Origin: an uncultured Flavobacteriales bacterium
GTDB taxonomy: Bacteria; Bacteroidota; Bacteroidia; Flavobacteriales_D; Crocinitomicaceae
DNA length: 64,000 nt
Assembly: GCA_943846635.1 (NCBI GenBank)
Contig: OX044359.1
Span: forward strand, 529,689-593,688
Reading direction: 5' to 3'
The notes under the pieces were generated by a model that saw only the letters and a list, made by a program, of their open reading frames with translations, made no database searches and had not been told where the DNA came from. Made by a program: the position numbers and the translations under genes. Positions 19,375 to 28,897 of the stretch are shown here, piece by piece. Positions within the stretch are counted from its first letter, which is position 1. Each line of letters starts with the position of its first letter.

Positions 19375-20364
19375 TTACATTCTTTTAACGAGGTCAATTA
19401 AGCGGTTTGAATAACCTGCTTCGTTATCATACCAAGCGACGACTTTAACCATTTTACCTATAACGCTTGTCAATCTAGAATCAAACACGCAACTAAAAGG
19501 TTCGCCTATTATATCTGAAGAAACTATCGGATCTTCCGTATAAGCTAATATACCCTTCATATCTCCATTTGACGCGGATCTCATCGCCTCATTAATTTTT
19601 TCAACTGTAGGTGGGGTTTTCACAACAAAAGTCAAATCAGTCATTGAGCCATCTGGAACAGGAACACGTATTCCACATCCACCAATACTACCATCCAACT
19701 CTGGAAAGATCTTAGATAATGCTTTTGCCGCTCCAGTGGTTGTTGGAACAATTGACTCTGCCGCTGCCCTAGCTCTTCTTAAATCGGTATGGGGTGCATC
19801 ATGCAACCTTTGATCAGATGTATAACTATGAATGGTGCTAATATAGATGCTTTCAACATCGCAAAGTTCTTTCATGATTTTAACAACAGGAGCAGCTGAA
19901 TTTGTTGTGCACGAAGCATTTGAAACAATTAAGTCAGAGTCCAACAATTTATAGTCATTAACCCCAAGTACAACCGTTCTAGTTTCATTGTCCTTGGCTG
20001 TCGCAGAAAGAATAACTTTCTGCGCACCACCCACAAAATGTTTTTTTGCCAATTCTGACGTTCTAAAAATACCTGTTGACTCTAAAACGATTTCTACCCC
20101 ATAATCTACCCACTTGATATTTTCTGGATTCCGTTCGGAAACAAAAACAATTTCCTTCCCGTTTTCAAAAACAAGTTTATTTCCCTCAACAACAAACTGA
20201 TGCTTTAATTTTCGATGAACGCTATCATATTTAAAAAGGTGAGCTAGGGTATTGATGTCAGCTAAATCATTAACAACTGCTACGTCAACATTATTATATT
20301 CTAAACTCATTCTAGTAAAATACCGACCAATTCTCCCAAAACCATTTACGCCAATCTTTTTCAT
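19375..20364 (-). CDS. gap: type I glyceraldehyde-3-phosphate dehydrogenase
   Basis: N-terminal NGFGRIGR and the active-site motif SNASCTTNS. Confidence 0.92.
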   Translation of the reverse strand: MKKIGVNGFGRIGRYFTRMSLEYNNVDVAVVNDLADINTLAHLFKYDSVHRKLKHQFVVEGNKLVFENGKEIVFVSERNPENIKWVDYGVEIVLESTGIFRTSELAKKHFVGGAQKVILSATAKDNETRTVVLGVNDYKLLDSDLIVSNASCTTNSAAPVVKIMKELCDVESIYISTIHSYTSDQRLHDAPHTDLRRARAAAESIVPTTTGAAKALSKIFPELDGSIGGCGIRVPVPDGSMTDLTFVVKTPPTVEKINEAMRSASNGDMKGILAYTEDPIVSSDIIGEPFSCVFDSRLTSVIGKMVKVVAWYDNEAGYSNRLIDLVKRM

Positions 20365-20404
20365 ATGCTATTATTCTTAATCTATTAAAATACAATTAAA
20401 CATT

Positions 20405-20434
20405 AAAAAAGGGCAATCTAAAAGACTGCCCTTT
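20405..20434 (-). terminator. rho-independent terminator
   Basis: 8-bp stem aaagggca / tgcccttt (20408-20415 and 20427-20434) with an 11-nt loop, followed by a T-run on the minus strand. It lies 19 nt after the stop at 20453. Confidence 0.65.
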
Positions 20435-20452
20435 AAAATTAAATTCTTTGTA

Positions 20453-22783
20453 TTATTTCACCACTTGAATGAAACCATGTTTCTCAACATCAACACCTCC
20501 ATCTGTAACTGCATTTACACGATAGAAATAAACACCATGCTCTACTTGATTCCCTGAGAGTGTTGTTCCGTCCCATTGACAAGCTTGTGCAGAATCTGAA
20601 CATTCATAAACTACATTACCCCATCTATTCGTAATTACTATGTTAATTTCTGACAGACCTTGACCATCAACATACCAAAGTGGGTTTTCAGACCCTTCTG
20701 CCAATGAAATAACGTTTGGCGCTTCTACACTACATTGCTTAAATGACAATTCGACATCTGCAGTATTTGTGTGACAAATATTCTCCATTGTTAATGTATA
20801 GGTCCCGGCTTCTGTTAAATCAACAACCTCCCCAGTTAATCCATTACTCCATGTATAGGTTGTTGGGTGTACATTCTCATTTAAAGCGACCAAATTATAT
20901 GTTGTTCCTTCACACAATACTGTATCAACTATCCAAGTACCAGGGTACTCTGGGAAATCAATAATCGCACTTAATGAAATATCACATGCGTTATCGGTAT
21001 AAGTTACCGTATACACACCTGGAATAGTATCTGTATAAATCTGAGGATTATCAACGTTTATATCACTAAACTGAACATCAGGATTAGATGACGACCAAAC
21101 ACCACCAGAAGCAGATGCAGTACCAGTGACAAACAATCCAAAGTTACAAGCAACAGTATCGGGGAAGATTGAAGGCCCAGGAGTCAATACAACTGTAAAC
21201 GTAGTATCAGCAGAACATAACCCAGAAGAATCTTGTGCAGAAACCGTATAGGTCCCTGAAGCCAGTGTATTTGAAAATAACGAATCTAAACCTGGATCTG
21301 CCAATCCCCATGAAACATTAGACATTAATAAAGAGTCTGCTATCTCCACAAAAATTGTCGTATCCGAACCACAAGCCGTAAAGTTATCTCCTAAATTAAA
21401 ATAAGGAGCTTGAGCTATAAAAATTTCATCATCAACGCGGACATAACATCCATTTAAACTAACTGTTACTCCATATGAACCAGAGGCCGTAGCAACTGAA
21501 GTAGCATCAGTTGAAAAATCATCCCAAAGATAACTATCATACGGGCCATTTAACGCTCCGACCACAACAGAATCACATCCAGATAGTGGTGTTAGAATAG
21601 GATTAATTGCGCCTGCCTGAGAGTCATCAATTACAATAACAAATGTAATGGTTGTGACACCTGCTGGCACAAAATCATCTGTCGCTGTAACTGTAATTGT
21701 ATAAGTACCCGCATTTACTATATCTCCAATAATTCTTAAGACTAAAGCCGATGTATTACCTGGCACATTAGAAATCTCCTCCAAAGTAGTTAAACCTCCG
21801 TTATCAAAAGTAACTGAAGTTGTTTGTCCAATCTCAGGCGACAAGAAGTTAATTGAAATATCCGCGGTATCGCCGTAAGAACAAACTTTAAAAGTATCAC
21901 ATAAAGATATTCCTTCTGGAATTGGAGGAGTGTTATCGTCACTACACACATCAAAGAAAAAACTCTTATCATCTAACCAGCTTATCCCATCAGGATTACC
22001 AAGAGCACCATCGAAATCTGCCCCTGCATGATCAAATCTCGAGATTAGGAAATATGCTAAATTGTCTCCCTTATTTGCTCCTGCTGTTGCTGGTGTTCCG
22101 CCAAATCCAGCTGTACCTCCAGATGCAGAACCTGTTGTCCATTGCATATCTTGATAACAAAAAGCTACATTTCCGCCTTCCACAACTGGATCAACACCGT
22201 CAGTTAAGATCAATTGAAAAGTATTTCTTTTATCCCCCTGAGCGTTAAAATAACCAACATCTTCCCAATTGATATAAACTGCTGTAGGTGTAATTTTATA
22301 AACTACTTGACCTAATGGCGTTATCGCATCCCCGGTATCAACATCACCCCAAAATGGCGCTATAATTTTATTACCTGTAGACGGAAACGCTGTAGCACTG
22401 AACGTTGACAATGCACTCTCAAAGGTTATGTTACCGTTGTTATTTATAAAGAAACTGTTGTATGTCTGTCCATAAAAACAGATATCAAATGGTACAAATA
22501 TCTCTGCACTTGACCCATCATCATTTGGAGCTAATGCTAAAGTATATGTGCCATCTGGCTCAACATAACAATCACAACCAGAAGCTTTAGTTGAATTTGG
22601 TGTGCTCACTACAATATTCTCTTCAGTTGAAAAAACAGAAGGGTTAAAAACTAAATCAACACCTTCTAACTGGTTTGTTGCTTTTAAATTCTTGTATTCT
22701 TCAGAACCCACTAATACACTTTGTCCAAATGCTGAATAGAAACTAAAAATGATTAGGCTAAGAACTAATAAATAAGATTTCAT
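20453..22783 (-). CDS. secreted protein with a NIDO-like domain, repeated beta-sandwich modules and a T9SS type-B C-terminal sorting domain
   Basis: Signal peptide. NIDO-like motif FYGQTYNSFFINNNGNITFE...IIAPFWGDVDT. Five GxYTVT-type modules. C-terminal ITNRWGNVVYE...WDG...GVYFYRV, typical of the gliding-motility C-terminal domain. Confidence 0.75.
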   Translation of the reverse strand: MKSYLLVLSLIIFSFYSAFGQSVLVGSEEYKNLKATNQLEGVDLVFNPSVFSTEENIVVSTPNSTKASGCDCYVEPDGTYTLALAPNDDGSSAEIFVPFDICFYGQTYNSFFINNNGNITFESALSTFSATAFPSTGNKIIAPFWGDVDTGDAITPLGQVVYKITPTAVYINWEDVGYFNAQGDKRNTFQLILTDGVDPVVEGGNVAFCYQDMQWTTGSASGGTAGFGGTPATAGANKGDNLAYFLISRFDHAGADFDGALGNPDGISWLDDKSFFFDVCSDDNTPPIPEGISLCDTFKVCSYGDTADISINFLSPEIGQTTSVTFDNGGLTTLEEISNVPGNTSALVLRIIGDIVNAGTYTITVTATDDFVPAGVTTITFVIVIDDSQAGAINPILTPLSGCDSVVVGALNGPYDSYLWDDFSTDATSVATASGSYGVTVSLNGCYVRVDDEIFIAQAPYFNLGDNFTACGSDTTIFVEIADSLLMSNVSWGLADPGLDSLFSNTLASGTYTVSAQDSSGLCSADTTFTVVLTPGPSIFPDTVACNFGLFVTGTASASGGVWSSSNPDVQFSDINVDNPQIYTDTIPGVYTVTYTDNACDISLSAIIDFPEYPGTWIVDTVLCEGTTYNLVALNENVHPTTYTWSNGLTGEVVDLTEAGTYTLTMENICHTNTADVELSFKQCSVEAPNVISLAEGSENPLWYVDGQGLSEINIVITNRWGNVVYECSDSAQACQWDGTTLSGNQVEHGVYFYRVNAVTDGGVDVEKHGFIQVVK

Positions 22784-22892
22784 TCGTTGTTTTTTATATA
22801 TGTTTCAAATCAAAGACTCACATTGTTTATAAATAGTTGCATAATGCTGATAAAAGAGTCTCTATTCTAAAAACAAACTTAAGAATTAAAAT

Positions 22893-22900
22893 TAATTTTG
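22893..22900 (+). promoter_or_regulatory. candidate -7 box (TAATTTTG)
   Basis: TAnnTTTG match 33 nt upstream of the transketolase subunit start. Confidence 0.3.
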
Positions 22901-22932
22901 TTATTAAATTTTGACACCATAAATCCTTTAGA

Positions 22933-23775
22933 ATGGAAACCCAAGAATTAAATAAAATTGCATCACAAGTAAGAAGAGATATCGTAAGAATGGTTTGCGA
23001 ATGTAACTCAGGTCATCCGGGAGGTTCTCTCGGTTGCACGGACTTTTTAACAACGTTGTATTTTCATGAAATGAAGCATAACCCTGCAAATTTCAGTATG
23101 AATGCAACAAACGAAGATGTGTTTTACCTTTCAAACGGACATATTTCTCCAGTGTGGTATAGCGTATTAGCTAGGTCAGGATATTTTCCAGTTTCAGAAC
23201 TGAGCGGGTTCAGGAAATTGGGGTCAAGACTTCAAGGACATCCATCAACTGACAAGAATTTACCGGGCATAAGAATGGCTTCTGGATCATTGGGTCAAGG
23301 AATGTCGTGTGCAATTGGTACTGCATTAACAAAAAAACTAAACAACGACGATTCTATTGTCTATTCACTTCACGGTGATGGCGAATTACAAGAAGGTCAA
23401 ATCTGGGAAGCCGCTTTATACGCTGCCGGAAATAAAGTTGACAATTTAATTTCTACAATAGATTATAATGGCCGTCAAATAGACGGAGATCTTGACGATG
23501 TGCTTCCAATGGGTAATCTTGTCCAAAAATGGCAGGCTTTTGGTTGGAAAGTACTTGAAATGGATGGTCATAACATAGATGAAATCAAAGCTACATTAGC
23601 GAAAGCAAAAAGTTTTGTTGGTAACGGAAAGCCTATCATGATCGTTATGACTACAGAAATGGGACAAGGTGTTGACTATATGATGGGGACTCATAAATGG
23701 CATGGAACTACGCCAAATGAAGAACAACTAGCTGATGCACTTGGCCAATTAGAAGAAACTTTAGGAGATTATTAA
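22933..23775 (+). CDS. transketolase, N-terminal (TPP-binding) subunit
   Basis: Motifs GHPGGSLG and GDGELQEGQIWEA. 280 aa is the size of a split-type subunit. Confidence 0.9.
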   Translation: METQELNKIASQVRRDIVRMVCECNSGHPGGSLGCTDFLTTLYFHEMKHNPANFSMNATNEDVFYLSNGHISPVWYSVLARSGYFPVSELSGFRKLGSRLQGHPSTDKNLPGIRMASGSLGQGMSCAIGTALTKKLNNDDSIVYSLHGDGELQEGQIWEAALYAAGNKVDNLISTIDYNGRQIDGDLDDVLPMGNLVQKWQAFGWKVLEMDGHNIDEIKATLAKAKSFVGNGKPIMIVMTTEMGQGVDYMMGTHKWHGTTPNEEQLADALGQLEETLGDY

Positions 23776-25128
23776 TTGAAAAAAACGTTATTCATATTAT
23801 TTGTATTTCTCGCGTCGTATAACTATGCGCAAGATCCACTGACGAGAATATTATTTATTCTAGATGCATCTAATAGTATGAATACTAAATGGGGGGATCA
23901 AACCAGAATAGAAGCTGCCAAAGAATTATTAGCGAAAACGGTGGATGGACTTATTGATGTTCCTAATTTAGAAATTGGACTGCGTGTCTATGGACATCAA
24001 TCTCCTATTACGGCAACTTATCAAGATTGTAATGACACAAAATTAGAAGTGCCTTTTGCTACTGATAATTTTGGAGAAGTAAAATCTAGAATACGATCTA
24101 TTTATGCAAAAGGAACAACGCCAATTGCAAGATCACTGGAAGCTGCTGCTGGAGATTTTCCAGATAGAAATTCTCGAAATATTATCATACTCATAACTGA
24201 CGGACTTGAAGCCTGTGACAACGACCCTTGCGTAATAGCGAAAAAACTGCACGATAAAGGAGTGAAAGTAACACCTTTTGTAATTGGTTTAGGTATGGAT
24301 CTTTCTTATTTAGAGAAATTTAAATGTATTGGAGAATATGCCGATGCAGAAACAAAAGGAGCATTTGAAAAAGTTTTAGAAAATGTAGTGTCAAAAGCAC
24401 TTCTTAACACCACTTCTCAAATTAACCTAAACGATATCAGTGGACTACCTTCTGAAACAGACGTTACGACCTTCTTATATGAAGCAGGAACTAACAATCT
24501 GAAATACACCTTTACACACACGATCAACAAATACGGTAATCCAGATACATTAATACTCGACCCTAAATTCAAATATGATATTGAAGTCAACACAACACCT
24601 AAAGTCATCAAAGAGAATGTCGAAATATTTAAAAATATTCATAACACTATTAAGATAGACTGTCCCCAAGGTTATATCAAAGCTCGTTATACCAATGCAA
24701 GTAAATCTTACTTAACGGACCTAAGAATTGTACAAACGGGAGAAAGAAAAACATTAAACCATCAAAAGGTAGGGGTCAGTGACAAATACCTTGTTGGCAC
24801 CTACGATGTTGAAATACTAACCTTGCCAAGAATTTATGTGACTTTGAAAGTCAATCAAAGTTCAACATCGTATATTGACATTAAAGCACCTGGAACATTC
24901 AAATACTCTTCTGTAAACAATCTTGTTGGACAAATTTTCACCGAAAACAGCAACGGTCGATGGGACTGGGTATGTAACATTAAAGAAAAATCTCGCTCAG
25001 GTTCATGGAACCTGCAACCTGGTTCTTACAAAGTGATTTATAGACATCAAAAATTAAAATCTTCCACCTACACAATGGAAAAATTATTCAGAATAAATTC
25101 AAATAAATCGATATCGTTAAAGTTATGA
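23776..25128 (+). CDS. secreted von Willebrand factor A domain protein
   Basis: TTG start immediately after the upstream stop. Signal peptide [23 protein letters not shown] motif DASNSM plus ILITDG. The C-terminal half is an unknown beta-rich region. Confidence 0.8.
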   Translation: MKKTLFILFVFLASYNYAQDPLTRILFILDASNSMNTKWGDQTRIEAAKELLAKTVDGLIDVPNLEIGLRVYGHQSPITATYQDCNDTKLEVPFATDNFGEVKSRIRSIYAKGTTPIARSLEAAAGDFPDRNSRNIIILITDGLEACDNDPCVIAKKLHDKGVKVTPFVIGLGMDLSYLEKFKCIGEYADAETKGAFEKVLENVVSKALLNTTSQINLNDISGLPSETDVTTFLYEAGTNNLKYTFTHTINKYGNPDTLILDPKFKYDIEVNTTPKVIKENVEIFKNIHNTIKIDCPQGYIKARYTNASKSYLTDLRIVQTGERKTLNHQKVGVSDKYLVGTYDVEILTLPRIYVTLKVNQSSTSYIDIKAPGTFKYSSVNNLVGQIFTENSNGRWDWVCNIKEKSRSGSWNLQPGSYKVIYRHQKLKSSTYTMEKLFRINSNKSISLKL

Positions 25129-26087
25129 TTGAAACAGCAGAAATTGAAGTATTAGGAAACAAAGACACACGTTCAGGATTTGGCGAAGGGCTTCTTGAGG
25201 CAGGTAAGCAAAATGAAAATGTTGTTGCACTTTGTGCAGATTTAACAGGTTCATTGAAAATGAATGCCTTTCAAGATGAATTCAGCAATCGTTTTTTTCA
25301 AGTGGGAATCGCAGAAGCAAACATGATGAGTATGGCTGCTGGAATGACTATTGGTGGTAAGATTCCATTCACTGGAACTTTTGCCAATTTTTCTACCGCT
25401 CGTGTATATGATCAGATTAGACAATCGATTGCTTATTCGAAGAAAAATGTTAAAATATGTGCATCTCATGCTGGGTTGACATTAGGAGAAGATGGTGCAA
25501 CACATCAAACTTTAGAAGATATCGGAATGATGAAAATGCTTCCGAACATGACAGTTATTGTTCCGGCTGATTTCAATCAAACAAAACAAGCTACAATAGC
25601 AATCGCAAAACATGAAGGACCCGTTTATCTCCGTTTCGGAAGACCAAAAGTTCCAATATTTGTTCAACCTGACGCAAATTTCCAAATTGGAAAGGCGGAT
25701 ACAATACTTAAGGGTACAGATGTAACAATCGTCGCTTGTGGTCATTTGGTATGGAAATCAATAGAAGCAGCAAAAGAATTAGCGAAGCAGGGAATCTCTG
25801 CAGAAGTAATTAATATGCATACAATTAAACCTTTGGATGCTCAAGCTGTCATAGATTCTGTAGCGAAAACAGGATGTATTGTTACTGCGGAAGAACATAT
25901 GATTAACGGCGGATTGGGAGAATCAATCGCACAAGTTCTTTCTAGAAACACGCCAACTCCTCAAGAATTTGTCGCAGTAAACGATACGTTCGGAGAAAGT
26001 GGAACTCCTGATGAGTTATTAACGAAATATAACATTGATACACCTGATGTTGTTAAAGCAGCATTGGGCGTAATTAAACGAAAATAG
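25125..26087 (+). CDS. transketolase, C-terminal (pyrimidine-binding) subunit
   Basis: Motifs [16 protein letters not shown] and EDGATHQ. The start overlaps the VWA stop by 4 nt. Confidence 0.9.
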   Translation: MIETAEIEVLGNKDTRSGFGEGLLEAGKQNENVVALCADLTGSLKMNAFQDEFSNRFFQVGIAEANMMSMAAGMTIGGKIPFTGTFANFSTARVYDQIRQSIAYSKKNVKICASHAGLTLGEDGATHQTLEDIGMMKMLPNMTVIVPADFNQTKQATIAIAKHEGPVYLRFGRPKVPIFVQPDANFQIGKADTILKGTDVTIVACGHLVWKSIEAAKELAKQGISAEVINMHTIKPLDAQAVIDSVAKTGCIVTAEEHMINGGLGESIAQVLSRNTPTPQEFVAVNDTFGESGTPDELLTKYNIDTPDVVKAALGVIKRK

Positions 26088-26090
26088 CAT

Positions 26091-26654
26091 ATGGCAAATC
26101 CCCTTGATGATAAAACAATAATTGAATTGTTCAATCAAGGGGGTGCGAATGCCGATCATGCTTTCAAAGCTATTGTCAACCAATACGGGGAACAGTTGTA
26201 TGGTCAAATTCGTGGAATCGCTCGAAATCACGAATTAACCAATGACATTTTACAGAATGTCCTTATAAAAGTTTATCAAAACCTTTCAAAATTTAAAGGA
26301 GACTCTGCATTATACACATGGATGTATCGAATCACACGCAATGAGTCTATTAATTTCCTGAAAAAAGAAAAGCTGAGAACCGGAGTTGACATAGACGCGC
26401 CAATACTAGAAATTATAGCCGGACATGATGTATTAGATGGAACTACTTCAGAAATGATTTCCAATTTACTTCAAGAAGCCATTTTAACTCTACCAGAAAA
26501 GCAAGCAATTGTTTTTCATCTGAAATATTTTGAGGAAATGAAATACAAAGATATTTCACAGAAATTAAACGTGAGCGAAGGTGGGTTAAAAGCAAACTTC
26601 CATCACGCCAAGCAAAAAATTCAAGAATATATTCTATCACAGTTAAACCAATAA
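26091..26654 (+). CDS. ECF-type RNA polymerase sigma-70 factor
   Basis: Region 2 YTWMYRITRNESINFLKK and region 4 HTH YKDISQKLNVSEGGLKANFHHAKQKI. Confidence 0.85.
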   Translation: MANPLDDKTIIELFNQGGANADHAFKAIVNQYGEQLYGQIRGIARNHELTNDILQNVLIKVYQNLSKFKGDSALYTWMYRITRNESINFLKKEKLRTGVDIDAPILEIIAGHDVLDGTTSEMISNLLQEAILTLPEKQAIVFHLKYFEEMKYKDISQKLNVSEGGLKANFHHAKQKIQEYILSQLNQ

Positions 26655-26678
26655 TGGGTTAAGCAATCTAAATAAAAG

Positions 26679-27185
26679 ATGAAAGAACAAAAAGACATAT
26701 TCAACTACTTCAACAAAAAGGATTCTGACAATCCCGACGCTTCTTATTTTGAGCATATGGCGAACAATATCATCGAAAAAGAAACGAAAAAAAAGACCGT
26801 GACTCCTTTATATAAAAAACCTTCATTTTGGATCATCGCAGCGGCAGCTTCATTAGCTTTTATTTTAGTTTTAAATCTTCCAACATCTCAAGAAGACAAT
26901 TTTCTAGTTGCCTTAAATGACTTCTCATCAAATGAGATCGCAGGGTATATATCTCAGAACATTACGGATTTTGATTCAGATTTGATTACAGAATATATTT
27001 CTGAGAACGATATTGAAGAACCTGTATTAGCACCAATAGAAGATTTAGAAATTATTGAAGAATCAGAATCCAATATAAGACTAGAAAACATTGACTCTCA
27101 GGAAATACTTGATTATTTCGACTCTGAAGAAATTGATATTTACGAAGAGGACTTCCAATTAGACTATGACGAATTATACATTTAA
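26679..27185 (+). CDS. putative anti-sigma factor / single-pass membrane protein
   Basis: One TM helix (FWIIAAAASLAFILVLNL) and an acidic C-terminus. The call rests mainly on its position after the ECF sigma gene. Confidence 0.4.
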   Translation: MKEQKDIFNYFNKKDSDNPDASYFEHMANNIIEKETKKKTVTPLYKKPSFWIIAAAASLAFILVLNLPTSQEDNFLVALNDFSSNEIAGYISQNITDFDSDLITEYISENDIEEPVLAPIEDLEIIEESESNIRLENIDSQEILDYFDSEEIDIYEEDFQLDYDELYI

Positions 27186-27702
27186 AATAAATAATATGAA
27201 AAAATCAATCACACTCAAACAATTAGGATTTACCCTAATTTCTTTGTTCATAACCACTCAGCTTTTCGCTCAACCAGGAAACAAACCTGGTAATAGTTCA
27301 AGCCAAGATAGACACGAGAAAATAGAACAACTGAAGATTACATTTATCACCCGCGAACTAAATTTAACATCATCAGAGGCACAGCAATTTTGGCCAGTTT
27401 ACAATGAAATGAGCGACCAACTAAAAATCGAGAAAAAGAAACAGCGCGTCATTATTAAATCTCTAAAAACAAATTACGATTCATACTCTGAATTGGAATT
27501 TAAAACTGAACTTGATAAGCTATATGAAAGTCAAGCAAATGAAATTTCACATAAAAAAGAGTATAATGACAAAATAGCTGCTATTATTAGTTACAAAAAA
27601 GCAGCAAAACTGTTAAGTTTGGAACAGCGATTCAAAAGAGAATTGCTAAACAAAGTGAAAAGCAGACCTGCGGGTCAAAAAGGAGGAAGAAAACCTCAAT
27701 AA
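27166..27702 (+). CDS. periplasmic Spy/CpxP-like helical protein linked to the ECF sigma
   Basis: Signal peptide; the real start is likely MKKSITL near 27196. Helical Lys/Glu-rich sequence with a LNLTSSEAQQFWPVY motif. Confidence 0.5.
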   Translation: MTNYTFKINNMKKSITLKQLGFTLISLFITTQLFAQPGNKPGNSSSQDRHEKIEQLKITFITRELNLTSSEAQQFWPVYNEMSDQLKIEKKKQRVIIKSLKTNYDSYSELEFKTELDKLYESQANEISHKKEYNDKIAAIISYKKAAKLLSLEQRFKRELLNKVKSRPAGQKGGRKPQ

Positions 27703-27706
27703 ACGA

Positions 27707-28897
27707 ATGGCAGAAGCAACCGATTTTTTAAATTCTCAAGGACAAACAAGTCCAACTCCGTATCTAATCGAAGTAGATCGCGCTGAGGGTATATATATTT
27801 ACGATAAAAGCAACAAGTCCTATATGGATATGATTGCTGGTGTTGCGGTTAACAACATTGGTCACGGTCATCCCAAAGTTGTATCTGCCCTAAAAAACCA
27901 AATTGACAAGCATCTTCACGTCATGGTATATGGCGAGTTTATACAAGATTCTCAACTTGCTTTTAGCCAAAAATTAGCTTCTCTTTTACCACCTACTCTC
28001 AATAGTGTTTACACCGTTAATTCAGGAACAGAAGCCAACGAAGCAGCTTTAAAATTAGCAAAGAGAGTTACTGGAAGATCAGAATTGATTGCGTTTCGTG
28101 GTTCTTATCATGGTAGCACGCATGGTTCTTTGAGTGTTTCTGGAAATGAAACGAAAAAACAAGCCTTTCGCCCTTTAATTCCAGATGTCCAATTTTTAGA
28201 TTTTAATGCTGCAGCAGACTTACATTTAATCACGTCAAAGACAGCCTGTGTAATAATAGAACCTATCCAAGGTGATGCGGGAGTTCGAATCCCCTCAACT
28301 TCATTCATGAAAGCATTAAGAGCAAAATGCAGTGAAGTTGGTGCATTATTGATATTTGATGAAATCCAATGCGGAATTGGGAGAACAGGGAAGTTATTTG
28401 CATTTGAACATTTCGACGTTGTTCCAGATATTCTCACTTTAGGAAAAGCATTGGGTGGAGGAATGCCAATTGGAGCTCTCGTTTCTTCGAAAGAGAATCT
28501 AGATCAATTCACATACAATCCTATGCTCGGTCACATCACTACATTTGGAGGTCATCCGGTAATCTGCGCTGCGGCAAATGCCTGTTTGGAAGTAATGAAA
28601 TCCGAAATAGATTACAAAGAAGTAGAACGATTAGGTGCATTATTAGAAGAGACATTAATGAAAAGTGAAGAAATCACTGACGTGAGACGTATCGGAATGA
28701 TGTATGCTTTTGACATGGTATCATTTGAACGGGTTGAAAAAGTGGTGAAAAAATGTCTTGAGAAGGGATTGATTTCCTTTTGGTTTCTCTCTCATCCAAA
28801 CAGTTTTAGATTGTCACCTCCGCTAACTATTTCTGAAGTAGAAATTAATAAAGCTGGACGCATTATTCTCGAAGCAATTGCAGAAACAGCAGGCTAA
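27707..28897 (+). CDS. class-III (aspartate aminotransferase family) PLP aminotransferase
   Basis: Motifs FDEIQCGIGRTGKLFAFEH and TLGKALGGG (PLP Lys). Confidence 0.85.
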   Translation: MAEATDFLNSQGQTSPTPYLIEVDRAEGIYIYDKSNKSYMDMIAGVAVNNIGHGHPKVVSALKNQIDKHLHVMVYGEFIQDSQLAFSQKLASLLPPTLNSVYTVNSGTEANEAALKLAKRVTGRSELIAFRGSYHGSTHGSLSVSGNETKKQAFRPLIPDVQFLDFNAAADLHLITSKTACVIIEPIQGDAGVRIPSTSFMKALRAKCSEVGALLIFDEIQCGIGRTGKLFAFEHFDVVPDILTLGKALGGGMPIGALVSSKENLDQFTYNPMLGHITTFGGHPVICAAANACLEVMKSEIDYKEVERLGALLEETLMKSEEITDVRRIGMMYAFDMVSFERVEKVVKKCLEKGLISFWFLSHPNSFRLSPPLTISEVEINKAGRIILEAIAETAG

